Shown here piece by piece: positions 9,215 to 18,924 of a stretch of DNA of 64,000 nucleotides. Position numbers and translations under genes: made by a program. Source of the DNA: Solidesulfovibrio sp. (lineage in GTDB: Bacteria > Desulfobacterota > Desulfovibrionia > Desulfovibrionales > Desulfovibrionaceae); the NCBI RefSeq assembly GCF_038562415.1, contig NZ_JBCFBA010000027.1:1847-65846 (forward strand), written 5' to 3'. The notes below the pieces were generated by a model. That model saw nothing but the letters and a program-made list of their open reading frames with translations. It did no database searches and was not told the origin of the DNA. Every line of letters starts with the position of its first letter. Position 1 is the first letter of the stretch.

Positions 9215-9236
9215 GCGATTACGGAATCGTAATCGC
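9215..9236. promoter_or_regulatory. Perfect inverted repeat; candidate enhancer (bEBP site) or Hpt-gene terminator stem
   Basis: gcgattacg-gaat-cgtaatcgc, about 80 bp upstream of the -24 box; no U-tract. Confidence 0.45.
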
Positions 9237-9259
9237 CCGGGATCGGGTGGGGGGACGGG

Positions 9260-9613
9260 CTAGATCAGCCCCCGGACATGCGCGCAACTGGCCTCGAGCA
9301 CGGCCAGCAGTTCGGGCGTCAGGCGGGCCAGGCGGGCCGCGTCGCCGTCCCGGGCCGCCAGCTCCACGGCGTAGGCGGCCTGGCGCAGGGGCTCGGCGAA
9401 CATGGTGGCGGCCACGCCCTTGAGGGAATGGGCCAGCCGGTTGAGCCGATTGGCGTCGCCGGCGGCCAGGGCCTTTTCGATGTCGGCCCGCCGCCCGGGC
9501 GTCTCCGAGATAAACACGCGGAATATCTCGGACAAAAGTTCCATGTCATCGTCGAAGCGCTGGCGCAACCTGTCCAGGTCGATCAGCGCCATGTCCGTGC
9601 CGTTCGCATCCAT
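9260..9613 (-). CDS. Hpt (histidine phosphotransfer) domain protein
   Basis: LDRLRQRFDDDMELL...RLAHSLKGVAATM, the HxLKG phospho-His motif. Confidence 0.9.
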   Translation of the reverse strand: MDANGTDMALIDLDRLRQRFDDDMELLSEIFRVFISETPGRRADIEKALAAGDANRLNRLAHSLKGVAATMFAEPLRQAAYAVELAARDGDAARLARLTPELLAVLEASCAHVRGLI

Positions 9614-9630
9614 GGCGACCCCCCGTCGGT

Positions 9631-11139
9631 TCAACGGCCGGCGGCGCCAGCCAGGGCCGCCGGCAGATAGAGCGTCAGGACGCAGCCGCCGTCGGGATTG
9701 CCCGCCGCCTCCACCGCGCCGCCGAAATCGTCCACCACCTTTTTGACCATGGCCAGCCCCAGGCCGTATTCGCAGGCATCGCCCTTGTAAAAGGGGCTGA
9801 ACATGTTCTCCAGGTTTTCGCGCGTGGCGCCGCGTCCGCTGTCGGCCACGCGCAGCCGCACCCGCTGGCCGTCCCGGTCGGCGGCGACGGACACCAGGCC
9901 GCCATGAGGCAGGGCCTCCACGGCGTTGCGCAGCAGGTTGACCAGGCACTGCTTGAACAGCGCCGGGTCGAGGGCCACGGCCGGCAGCCCCGGCGCGATC
10001 TCCTCGGCCAGGCCCACCCGCCGGGCCTCGGCCTCGTCGCGTACCGCCGCCAGGGCCTCCCGGGACACCCGGGCCACGTCCGCCTCGCCGACCACCGTCC
10101 CCGTGGGCCGGGCGAACTCCAGGAACTGCTTGAGCAAGGCCTCCATCCGGGTCAGTTCCTCCAGCACGATGGCCGCCTTTTCCCGGGCCGCCTCCGGCAG
10201 GCCGGCCATGCCGGCCAGGCGCCGGGCGAAGCCGCTGGCCGCGAACAGGGGGTTTCGGATCTCATGGGCCAGGTACGAGGACAACCGGCCCACGGTCTCG
10301 ATGCGCTCGGCCTGGCGGGCGCTTAATTCCCCCACGGTGCGGTCGGTGATGTCGCGGCGAAAGACCACCACGTGCCCGACCTGCCCCGAGGCGTCGCGGA
10401 TGGGATAGGTGTAGGTGCGGTAGTAGCGCAGCTTCCCGTCGGCGGACACGGCGGTGTGCAGGCGCTCGGCCTTCTCCCCCGTGACCAGGGCGATGCGGAA
10501 GGGGCAGGCCGGATCGGCCGGGTCGCACAGCGGCGGGTCGTCGGGGCCGCTGCGCAGCTCGCGGCAGTCGCGGCCGAGGAGCGCCTCCTTGGACCGGCCC
10601 AGGCGGGCCACGATGTTGCGGTTGAGGTCCACCACCCGGCCCGAGGCGGCGATCAGGGCGATGTCCTCCTGGACCTCGTCCACGATGGCTTCGAGCAGCA
10701 GCTTCTGGTGGTCCAGGCGCCGGCGGCAGTGGGCGCCGACCGACACGGCGTTGGAGAGCGCGCACAGGAAAAAGGAGGCCGTGCTGTCGATGAGCGTCGC
10801 CCCGGGGGGCAGGTCGCGGACAAGCTCCCTGGGGTCGAGGCCGCTTTGCAGCTCCACCACCAGGTTGATGCCCGGGCAGTTGGCGAACAGCGCCCGGCAG
10901 TCGGCGAAAAAAGGCACCTCTCGCAGCAAAGGCGAAACGCGCCGGGGATCGTCGGCCGCCATCCCGGCCACGCCGGCCAGGCGCATGGGCGGCAGGAACT
11001 CCCGGAATTCCACGCCGGCCACGATCTCCAAAATGGTCTCGAAGCCCGGCCCGACGCCGACCACACCGACCAGGTAGTCGCGTTCCTCGGCGTCCAGCAC
11101 GCAGTAGGCGTCCCTGTGCGGTCGCGGGGCGTCGACCAT
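9631..11139 (-). CDS. PAS-domain sensor histidine kinase, 502 aa
   Basis: H-box LAHEIRNPL, N-box NLLRNAVEA, DSGRG, GLGLAMV; PAS/PAC segment RYYRTYTYPIRDASGQVGHVVVFRRDITDR; N-terminal GVVGVGPG Rossmann-like segment. Confidence 0.88.
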   Translation of the reverse strand: MVDAPRPHRDAYCVLDAEERDYLVGVVGVGPGFETILEIVAGVEFREFLPPMRLAGVAGMAADDPRRVSPLLREVPFFADCRALFANCPGINLVVELQSGLDPRELVRDLPPGATLIDSTASFFLCALSNAVSVGAHCRRRLDHQKLLLEAIVDEVQEDIALIAASGRVVDLNRNIVARLGRSKEALLGRDCRELRSGPDDPPLCDPADPACPFRIALVTGEKAERLHTAVSADGKLRYYRTYTYPIRDASGQVGHVVVFRRDITDRTVGELSARQAERIETVGRLSSYLAHEIRNPLFAASGFARRLAGMAGLPEAAREKAAIVLEELTRMEALLKQFLEFARPTGTVVGEADVARVSREALAAVRDEAEARRVGLAEEIAPGLPAVALDPALFKQCLVNLLRNAVEALPHGGLVSVAADRDGQRVRLRVADSGRGATRENLENMFSPFYKGDACEYGLGLAMVKKVVDDFGGAVEAAGNPDGGCVLTLYLPAALAGAAGR

Positions 11140-11156
11140 GGGGCGTTTCCTCCGTG

Positions 11157-11993
11157 TCAATCGCGTTCCCGAACGGGCAGCATGGCATAAAGCGCCTTGG
11201 CGGTCCATCCCGAAAGCCGCGTTGCCGCGCGCCTGGCCACTTCGCGCGGCTTGCCGCCGGCGGCCGCCTCCTCGGCCAGCACCCGCCGGGCCTCGTCGTC
11301 CGCCGACCGCCCGCCCCCTCCCGGCCCGACCACCACCGTGACTTCGCCCAGCAACTCCAGGTCCTTGCCGGCGAAATCGGCCAGCCGTCCCGGCACGAAC
11401 TCCTCGAAGGTCTTGGTCAGCTCCCGGCACAGCACGCAGTCCCGGTCGCCCAGGGCGGCCAGGGCGGCGGCCAGGGTGTCGCCGATGCGGTTTTTGCGCT
11501 CGAAAAAAACCAGCGTGGCGCCCGTGGCGCCGAACCGGGTGAAGAGCGCCTCGGCCTGCGCCCGGCCGCGCGGGGGAAATCCCAGGAACGCAAAGGGATA
11601 GGGCGCGATGCCGGCGGCCGAGAGCGCCGCCAGGATGGCCGAGGGGCCGGGTACGGGGGAAACGCCAAACCCCGCCTGCCGGGCGGCGGCCACCAGCCGA
11701 TAGCCCGGGTCGGCCAAAAGCGGCGTGCCGGCGTCGGAGACCAGGGCCACCTCGCGCCCCTCCCCCAGCCAGCCCAGGACCTGCGGGGTCCTGGCCTCCT
11801 CGTTGTGCTCGTGGAAGCTGACCAGCCGCCTGGCGGCGATGCCGAGGGCCTTGAGCAAAAGCCCGGTACGGCGCGTGTCCTCGGCCAGGACCACGGCCGC
11901 CTCGGCCAGCACCCCCGCCGCCCGGGGGGAAAGGTCCCGGGTGTTGCCCAGGGGCGTGGCGACAATGAACAGTGTCCCGTTTTCCGTGTCCAA
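11157..11993 (-). CDS. rsmI: 16S rRNA (cytidine1402-2'-O)-methyltransferase
   Basis: TTG start; GTLFIVATPLGN, AEDTRRT, LVSDAGTPLLADPG, RELTKTFEE. Confidence 0.93.
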   Translation of the reverse strand: MDTENGTLFIVATPLGNTRDLSPRAAGVLAEAAVVLAEDTRRTGLLLKALGIAARRLVSFHEHNEEARTPQVLGWLGEGREVALVSDAGTPLLADPGYRLVAAARQAGFGVSPVPGPSAILAALSAAGIAPYPFAFLGFPPRGRAQAEALFTRFGATGATLVFFERKNRIGDTLAAALAALGDRDCVLCRELTKTFEEFVPGRLADFAGKDLELLGEVTVVVGPGGGGRSADDEARRVLAEEAAAGGKPREVARRAATRLSGWTAKALYAMLPVRERD

Positions 11994-12052
11994 GGCAGGG
12001 CCTCCCGCCCTTCCTGGTACAGCCAGGGACCGGCCGCGGCAAGGCCCGGCCA

Positions 12053-12080
12053 TTGACAAGCCCCGGCTTTGGACTACTTT
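12053..12080 (+). promoter_or_regulatory. Putative sigma70 promoter for the FAD oxidoreductase
   Basis: TTGACA-16 bp-TACTTT. Confidence 0.45.
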
Positions 12081-12226
12081 ATCGCCACTCCAAAACGGGG
12101 ACGGGACACGCCAGGCGCCTGCAACAGGCAGGCATCCAGACCGTTCCCGTATGAAATTCGCCGGGCCGGCCCCTGACGCGGCCCACCGCCCAAGACGGCG
12201 AACAACACGAAACGCGAGGACATACC

Positions 12227-13933
12227 ATGTCGCAACAGGTCGTCATCATCGGAGCCGTGGCCCTTGGCCCCAAGGCCGCTTGCCGCTTCAAGCGGCTTTC
12301 CCCGGACAGCAAGGTCGTCATGCTCGACCGCGACATGCGCATTTCCTACGGCGGCTGCGGCATTCCCTACTTCGTTTCCGGCGAGGTCAGCGACGTGACC
12401 GCCCTGCAATCCACGGCCTTCCACATGGTGCGTTCGCCCGAATTCTTCCACGACGTCAAGGACGTGGAAGCCCGGGCCCAGACCGAGGCCATCGCCATCG
12501 ACCGGGCGGCCAAGACCGTGACCGCCCGCCACCTGCCCACCGGCGCCGAGGAGAAAATCCCCTACGACAAGCTGGTCATCGCCACGGGCAGCACGCCGCG
12601 CAAACTCCCCATCCCGGGGCTCGACCTGCCGGGCGTGCACGCCGTCAACAACCTGGAGGCGGCCGAGGCCATCAAGCAATCCGTGGCCGGCGGCTCGGTC
12701 GGGACCGTGGCCATCATCGGCTCGGGTTTCATCGGCCTGGAGATGGCCGTGGCCTTCGCCGACATGTGGGGCCTCGACGTCACGGTCATCGAGCTGTTCG
12801 ACCAGATCCTGCCCGGCGTGACGAACCCCACGCTCGCCGGCATGGCCCAGAGGCACATGGAGGAAAAGGGCGTGGCCTTCCGCCTGGCCGAGCAGGTCAA
12901 GGCCATCGAGGGCGACGGCCGGGTCGAGCGCGTGGTCACGGACAAGGGCACCGTCGAGGCCGACCTGGTCATCGTGTCCGTGGGCGTGGTGCCCAACGAC
13001 GCGCTGGCCAAGGCGGCCGGCCTGGAGGTTTCGGCGCGCGGCGGCATCGTGGTCGACGACCGCATGCGCACCTCGGACCCGGACATCTACGCCGGCGGCG
13101 ACTGCGTGGTGGTCAAGAACCTGGTGACCGGACAACCCATGTACCTGCCGCTCGGGTCCATGGCCAACCGGCAAGGCCGGGTGATCGGCGACAACCTGGC
13201 CGGCGGCGACTCGACCTTCGAGGGCGTGGTCGGCTCGTGGTGCGTCAAACTCTTCGACCTGGGCGCCTCGGGCACGGGCCTCACCCTGGCCGGGGCCCAA
13301 CGGGCCGGCCTCGACGCCGTGTCCACCCACATCACGGCCGTGGACCGGGCCCATTTCTACCCCGAACACGCCCTCATGTCCCTGGAACTGGTGGCCGAGC
13401 GCGGCACGCGCCGGGTGCTGGGCCTGCAGGGCCTGTCGGTCAACGGCGACGCCGTGGTCGGCAAGGTCAACACCGTGGCCGCCATGCTGCCCTACGCGCC
13501 CAAGGTGGCCGACGTGTCCAACGTGGAAGTGGCCTACTCGCCGCCCTTCGCCGCGGCCATGGACATCCTCAACACCGTGGCCAACGTGGCCGACAACATC
13601 CTGGCCGGCAAGAACAAGGGGATCACGGTCACGGAATTCGGCGAACTCTGGAAGCAGACCGACCTCGGCGACGCCTACATCCTCGACTGCCGCGAGGAGC
13701 CGCAGGGCGGGCCGCTGACGGAAAAATACCCCGGCCGCTGGCACAACATCCCCCAAGGCCAGTTGCGCGACCGCCTGGCCGAGGTGCCGCGCGACAAGAA
13801 GATCGTGCTCATGTGCAACACCGGCGCCCGCTCCTACGAGGCCCTGGTGACCCTGGCCCACATGGGCTTCGACCAGGTGGTCAGCGTCGAGGGCGGCATG
13901 GCCGCCGTCAATGCCGCCGGCATCGACGTGTAG
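12227..13933 (+). CDS. FAD-dependent CoA-disulfide/persulfide reductase-like enzyme with C-terminal rhodanese domain, 568 aa
   Basis: GAVALG FAD-binding start, SYGGCG redox Cys, GSGFIGLE, TSDPDIYAGGD, YSPPF; rhodanese LDCRE...CNTGARS. Confidence 0.85.
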   Translation: MSQQVVIIGAVALGPKAACRFKRLSPDSKVVMLDRDMRISYGGCGIPYFVSGEVSDVTALQSTAFHMVRSPEFFHDVKDVEARAQTEAIAIDRAAKTVTARHLPTGAEEKIPYDKLVIATGSTPRKLPIPGLDLPGVHAVNNLEAAEAIKQSVAGGSVGTVAIIGSGFIGLEMAVAFADMWGLDVTVIELFDQILPGVTNPTLAGMAQRHMEEKGVAFRLAEQVKAIEGDGRVERVVTDKGTVEADLVIVSVGVVPNDALAKAAGLEVSARGGIVVDDRMRTSDPDIYAGGDCVVVKNLVTGQPMYLPLGSMANRQGRVIGDNLAGGDSTFEGVVGSWCVKLFDLGASGTGLTLAGAQRAGLDAVSTHITAVDRAHFYPEHALMSLELVAERGTRRVLGLQGLSVNGDAVVGKVNTVAAMLPYAPKVADVSNVEVAYSPPFAAAMDILNTVANVADNILAGKNKGITVTEFGELWKQTDLGDAYILDCREEPQGGPLTEKYPGRWHNIPQGQLRDRLAEVPRDKKIVLMCNTGARSYEALVTLAHMGFDQVVSVEGGMAAVNAAGIDV

Positions 13934-13958
13934 CGGGGGGCGTCGGAGAGAAGTCGGG

Positions 13959-14016
13959 GAGAATGCCTCCGGCGGCCAGGAGGGGGTGACCCCCTCCTGG
14001 ACCTCCCCAAAGGGGG
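13959..14016 (+). repeat. REP-like element copy
   Basis: gagaatgcctccggcgg-ccaggaggggg-tga-ccccctcctgg-acctccccaaagggg, 25 bp after the upstream stop. Confidence 0.85.
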
Positions 14017-14365
14017 CGTTTCCGAAACGCGGGCAGGGGCTTGTCGCCATGCCCACGGTATGCCACGCAAGGGGGCCGGTCCTGGTGACCGGCCCCCTTG
14101 GTTTTGCGCCGCCCGGACAGGTCGGACGCCTCGTGAAATTAATCCCAGTCTCCTAAAATATGTTCGCCTCGGGCTTGATTCGTACTTTTTCTTGAGGTAT
14201 TCCGATTTCGTGTTACGTTTATATAAAACATGCCATTATAAGCGGACGAAATGCCATACGTTGTCCAGCAAGACCGTCTCCAACCGACGCCCGGCCGCAC
14301 CCGGCCGGGCCAGCCCCCGTCAATCCGCCCGCAAGGGAAACCCACCAACCCGTCGGAGGTCGCCT

Positions 14366-15631
14366 ATGAGCCGCATCGAGATGGAAAAAATCTTTTACGA
14401 GCCGAACGTGCCGGCTCCGGGCACGAACCTGGACAAGGCGCTTATCGTCCAGGTCGACGAGACCAAATGCATCGGCTGCGACACCTGCATGGGCTATTGC
14501 CCCACCGGCGCCATCACCGGCGAGACCGGCGAGCCCCACAAGGTCGTGGACCCGGCCGCCTGCATCAACTGCGGCCAGTGCCTGACCCACTGCCCGACCG
14601 CGGCCATCTACGAAACCGTGTCCTTCGTCCCGGAGATCGAAGCCAAGCTCAAGGACAAAAACGTCAAGGTCATCGCCATGCCGGCCCCGGCCGTGCGCTA
14701 CGCCCTGGGCGACCCCTTCGGCCTGCCCCTGGGGGCCGTGACCACCGAACACATGCTGACAGCGCTGACCCAGCTCGGCTTCGCCAACGTCTGGGACAAC
14801 GAGTTCACGGCCGACGTGACCATCTGGGAGGAGGGCTCCGAGCTTTTGGCCCGCGTCACCAAAAAGCTCGACAAGCCCCTGCCGCAATTCACCTCCTGCT
14901 GTCCGGGCTGGCAGAAGTACGCCGAGACCTTCCACCCCGAGCTGCTGCCGCATTTCTCCTCGTGCAAGTCGCCCATCGGCATGATGGGTCCCCTGGCCAA
15001 GACCTACGGGGCCAAGGAGCTCGGCTATGCCCCGAAAGACATCTACACCGTGTCCATCATGCCCTGCACGGCGAAAAAGTTCGAAGGCATGCGCCCGGAA
15101 TACAACGTCAGCGGCTTCCGCGACATCGACGCCACCATCAACACCCGCGAACTGGCCTACCTGCTCAAGAAGGCGAACATCGACCTGCCCAGGATCGCCG
15201 ACGGCAAGCGCGACGCGGTCATGGGCGAATCCACCGGCGGCGCCACCATCTTCGGCGTCTCGGGGGGCGTGATGGAGGCGGCCCTGCGCTTCGCCTACCA
15301 GGCCCTGGCCAAGAAACCGCCCCAGAGCTGGGATTTCAAGGCCGTGCGCGGCCTTGACGGCATCAAGGAAGCCACGGTCAACATCGCCGGCACCGACGTC
15401 AAGGTGGCCGTGGTCAACGGCGGCAAGAACTTCGCCAAGGTCTGCGAGGCGGTCAAGGCCGGCACCTCGCCCTACCACTTCGTGGAATTCATGGCCTGCC
15501 CGGGCGGCTGCGTCATGGGCGGCGGCCAGCCCATCATGCCCACCGTGCTCCAGGCCGCAAATAACGCCACGACCAGGTTCCATGCCTCGCTCAAAAAACG
15601 CCTGGCCCTTTTCAACGCGCAAAAAGCCTAA
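14366..15631 (+). CDS. hydA: Periplasmic [FeFe]-hydrogenase large subunit, 421 aa
   Basis: Two ferredoxin motifs CIGCDTC..CP and CINCGQC..CP; H-cluster motifs [32 protein letters not shown]; GGAGG RBS. Confidence 0.96.
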   Translation: MSRIEMEKIFYEPNVPAPGTNLDKALIVQVDETKCIGCDTCMGYCPTGAITGETGEPHKVVDPAACINCGQCLTHCPTAAIYETVSFVPEIEAKLKDKNVKVIAMPAPAVRYALGDPFGLPLGAVTTEHMLTALTQLGFANVWDNEFTADVTIWEEGSELLARVTKKLDKPLPQFTSCCPGWQKYAETFHPELLPHFSSCKSPIGMMGPLAKTYGAKELGYAPKDIYTVSIMPCTAKKFEGMRPEYNVSGFRDIDATINTRELAYLLKKANIDLPRIADGKRDAVMGESTGGATIFGVSGGVMEAALRFAYQALAKKPPQSWDFKAVRGLDGIKEATVNIAGTDVKVAVVNGGKNFAKVCEAVKAGTSPYHFVEFMACPGGCVMGGGQPIMPTVLQAANNATTRFHASLKKRLALFNAQKA

Positions 15632-15643
15632 GGAGGGCGACCC

Positions 15644-16018
15644 ATGTCCATTGCCAGTTTCACCCGCCGCGGCTTCCTCAAGACCGCCTGCGTCCTGACC
15701 GGCGGCGCCCTCATCGGCCTGCGCCTGACCGGCCGGGCCGTGGCCGCGGCCAAGCAGCTCAAGGAATACATGCAGGACCGCGTAAACGGCGTCTACGGCG
15801 CCGATGCCGCCTTCAAGGTCCGGGCCTCCCAGGACAACGCCCAAGTCATCACGCTCTACAAGAAGTTCCTCAAGCAACCCCTGTCCCACGAGTCCGAGCA
15901 CCTGCTCCACACCACCTGGGTGGACCGCTCCAAGGACCTGGCGGCGCTTAGGGCCAAGGGGCTTTACCCCAATCCCCGGGCCAAGGAATTCGAGAGCGCC
16001 CCCTATCCCTATCTCTAA
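15644..16018 (+). CDS. hydB: [FeFe]-hydrogenase small subunit with Tat signal
   Basis: TRRGFLK twin-arginine motif; [17 protein letters not shown]...SEHLLHT. Confidence 0.95.
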   Translation: MSIASFTRRGFLKTACVLTGGALIGLRLTGRAVAAAKQLKEYMQDRVNGVYGADAAFKVRASQDNAQVITLYKKFLKQPLSHESEHLLHTTWVDRSKDLAALRAKGLYPNPRAKEFESAPYPYL

Positions 16019-16476
16019 CCCCCTCCCCCCGCGCAACCCGAGGCAAGGGTCCGCCTGACCCCAAGGTTGCGGGGCGCCCGCCGGCCGCCTGGCCGTCGCG
16101 GTCGCTCTCGCCTCCCGCTGGCGCGTTGTCGCCCACCCCGCTCCGCCCGCCACCGCGGCTTTACACGGTGCGGTTTATTCATTATCGTCAAAAAACGCTG
16201 TTACGCGCCCGAGAGTCGTTGCAATAGGAACGGGATGTGGCCTCGCGCCATCCGTCTCCCCGCCGCAATGCCGCAACCGGGCCTCCCGGCGACATTGCGG
16301 CGCATGGTCTCCACGATCGCCTTTCCCCGCCGCCCCGCCGCCAGACCGCGTTACACCGGAACCGACCGCGCCCTCGCCCGGCCCGGCCGGCCCCGGAAAA
16401 GATGGGAACGGCTTCCGGATGCCGTTCCAAGAGGTGTCCCGCGTCCATCAACCCGCAACACGAGGAAGGAGAGGAG

Positions 16477-17955
16477 ATGAAACGTTTGACCGTGCCGGCC
16501 CTTTTGGCCGTGCTCCTTTTGGGAGCACTCGGCATCGCCCGGGCCGAGACGCAAGTGCGCGTCACCGGCGACTCCCGCGTCTACGGCGTCTATTTCAGCG
16601 GCCACAACTTCACCGGCTGGAACGACCCCGCCTGGACGTCCAACACCCCCACCTGGACCAAGGCCGGCACCAAGACCGAGGACACCTTCGAGATCTGGGA
16701 ACGCATCCGCGTGCGCACGGACTTCATCGCCAACGACAACCTGAAATTCCGCCTGGCCACCAAGGTGGACAACACCTGGGGCAACGGCACCTACACCGCC
16801 GCCAACCCCGACGTGGCCATCCAGGTCTACCAAGCCTTCCTGGAGTTCAAGTATCCGGACACGGACATCCAGATCAACGCCGGCCTCCAGCCCACGGCCC
16901 TGCCGCAAAGCGCCCTGTTCAACGACAGCATCGTGTTTACCGACTGGGCCGCCGCCCTGATCGTCAAGGCCCCGCTTATTGCCAACACCCTGGAGCTCAA
17001 TGCCGGCTTCGCCCGCATGATCGACACCAACCGCACCTTCGACCCCAGCACCACGCAGGTCGGCGACGAGCTGGATTTCTACATCCTGTCCCTGCCCATC
17101 ACCGTGCCCGGGCTCAAGGCCACGCCCTGGGGCGTCGTCGGCGTGGCCGGGGCCAAGGCCGGCTACTACACCGCCTACGCCTCGTCCTTCGCCGAGGGCT
17201 CCTACGCCGAGGACCTGCTCTCCGCCGGCACCCTCGTTGGCCCCACCGGCTGGAAGAACAACCAGAACCCCTACTACTGGGTGGGCGGCGCCTTCGAGCT
17301 GTCCGCCCTCGACCCGGTGCGCTTCTACGCCGACGTCATCAACGGCGGCGGCGCGATGAACGACCGCAACAAGAGCCGCCGCCAGGGCTGGTTCGTGGAT
17401 TTCGGCGCCGAATACACCGGCTTCGACATGCTCACTCCCCAGGTCTTCGCCTGGTGGTCCACCGGCGAAGACGGCTCCACCCGCAACGGCTCCGAGCGCA
17501 TGCCCCACACCCGCCCCAACTGGGGCCCGGGCGGCTCGTTCCTGTTTGACGACAGCCAGGTCTTCGCCCGCAACTCCAACATGGGCATGGACCCGGTGGG
17601 CGCCATGGGCCTGGGCCTGTCGCTCAATAACGTCACGTTCATGGACAAGCTCTCCCAGCGCGCCACCTTCACCTACTTGAAGGGCAACAACGCGCCCCGG
17701 GCCATCCGCGACCTCAACGCCGCCCTGGGTTCCAACCCCTACTTCCAGATGGGCCGCGACCTGACCACCAACGAGTACGCCCTCGGCGTCAACTTCGACA
17801 GCCAGTACATGATCTATGAGAACCTGGCCGCCCGCGTCGAAACGGGTTTCGCCCACGGCCAGTTCCAGGAAAGCGTCTGGGGCCACCGCCTGGCCAACAA
17901 GGCCAACGGCAACGACACCTGGAAAGTCGCTTTCGGCTTCACCTACAAATACTAG
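16477..17955 (+). CDS. Outer-membrane homotrimeric porin (Desulfovibrio type), 492 aa
   Basis: Signal peptide ending ARA-ETQVRVTGD; QRIRVRTDFIANDNL-like segment (WERIRVRTDFIAND); alternating beta strands; C-terminal WKVAFGFTYKY. Confidence 0.85.
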   Translation: MKRLTVPALLAVLLLGALGIARAETQVRVTGDSRVYGVYFSGHNFTGWNDPAWTSNTPTWTKAGTKTEDTFEIWERIRVRTDFIANDNLKFRLATKVDNTWGNGTYTAANPDVAIQVYQAFLEFKYPDTDIQINAGLQPTALPQSALFNDSIVFTDWAAALIVKAPLIANTLELNAGFARMIDTNRTFDPSTTQVGDELDFYILSLPITVPGLKATPWGVVGVAGAKAGYYTAYASSFAEGSYAEDLLSAGTLVGPTGWKNNQNPYYWVGGAFELSALDPVRFYADVINGGGAMNDRNKSRRQGWFVDFGAEYTGFDMLTPQVFAWWSTGEDGSTRNGSERMPHTRPNWGPGGSFLFDDSQVFARNSNMGMDPVGAMGLGLSLNNVTFMDKLSQRATFTYLKGNNAPRAIRDLNAALGSNPYFQMGRDLTTNEYALGVNFDSQYMIYENLAARVETGFAHGQFQESVWGHRLANKANGNDTWKVAFGFTYKY

Positions 17956-17992
17956 GCGCGACCGCGCGCCAGGCCGCCCGGCGGCCCGTACC

Positions 17993-18028
17993 AGGCGGCC
18001 GTTTTCCTCGGAAAGCGGCCGCCTTTTT
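17993..18028 (+). terminator. Rho-independent terminator after the porin
   Basis: aggcggccgttttcc-tc-ggaaagcggccgcct followed by TTTT. Confidence 0.75.
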
Positions 18029-18173
18029 CATATGGCCCGTCAAGGAACAGGTCGAGGCTCCTTCACGGAGGCCGCCGCAGGCATCCTCGTTGACGTCCAC
18101 GAAATACCGACGCCAATCCCAGGCCGCCAGGTGCTTGCGGGGCGGCATCCTGTGGCCATTCGGCTTCATGAAC

Positions 18174-18836
18174 TCATTGAAGCTGTTCGACGAGCTTTTC
18201 CGCTCCCTTTTCGATGCCGGTCCTGGCCGCCGCCAAAGCGCCGAAACTTGCTCCGATATTCAATGAGTTCGGGTATTCCTTTGCGATATAGGCTCTCAGG
18301 AGTTGCGATGTCGCAGCATCATAGATCTCGACGGCATAAAGCACGGATCCGGTAAATGTACCCTCTCCACCACGTATGCTTTGGATTCCATTATAGAGAC
18401 CTCCCGAGAGGTCAAACCGAGACAATGTCCCCAGCACAGGCGTAGTTGTCGCAGCACCTGTCAATATAAGCTTCAATATCAAGGTATTTGAACCTGGACT
18501 GTATGTAATAGTGAACCTGGAAGCCAACTTTTCGACAAATTGAGAATACATATATGTCGCCAATTCTGTCTTGTCATCTTCAGACATCTTGCCGAATTGG
18601 TTGTCTGGCCCTCTGTAAATCGTGACATTGTCGACAATAATTTTATCATATATTCGCAAATTTGTCTGACTTGAGTAGCTGTATGGCATGGTCATTGACG
18701 CACCGTTTGTATCCGACCGGAGATATGCTGTTGAATACAACTCCTTGTACATGAGCGGTTTTGGAGTTCCACAGCCATAGAGTATTGCCGGGATCGCAAG
18801 AATCAAGAGTTGTCGTATCCAGTTTGCGTTGCGCAT
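18174..18836 (-). CDS. DUF3313-like lipoprotein, low GC, 220 aa
   Basis: Lipobox ILYGC; YDKIIVDNVTIY, VEIYDAATSQLLRAYI pattern; a sampled line (18481-18540) is 23/60 GC. Confidence 0.7.
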   Translation of the reverse strand: MRNANWIRQLLILAIPAILYGCGTPKPLMYKELYSTAYLRSDTNGASMTMPYSYSSQTNLRIYDKIIVDNVTIYRGPDNQFGKMSEDDKTELATYMYSQFVEKLASRFTITYSPGSNTLILKLILTGAATTTPVLGTLSRFDLSGGLYNGIQSIRGGEGTFTGSVLYAVEIYDAATSQLLRAYIAKEYPNSLNIGASFGALAAARTGIEKGAEKLVEQLQ

Positions 18837-18885
18837 TCGTATCTCCGCTGGGTTGAACGTTCCTTTCCTGGTCGCTGTCGACATG

Positions 18886-18901
18886 GTCACCTATCGGTGA
18901 C
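18886..18901. promoter_or_regulatory. Candidate TetR operator, GTCAC-N6-GTGAC
   Basis: gtcac-ctatcg-gtgac upstream of the lipoprotein start; same core as the site before tetR. Confidence 0.55.
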
Positions 18902-18924
18902 ATATGCTTCAAAAAAATATCCCC

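Noticed and set aside
14131-14150. Rex operator upstream of hydA (TCGTGAAA half-site)
   Set aside because: The right half-site does not match; not a convincing palindrome.
17939-18169. 76-aa ORF as a transposase remnant at the islet edge
   Set aside because: No recognisable catalytic motif; overlaps the porin terminator.
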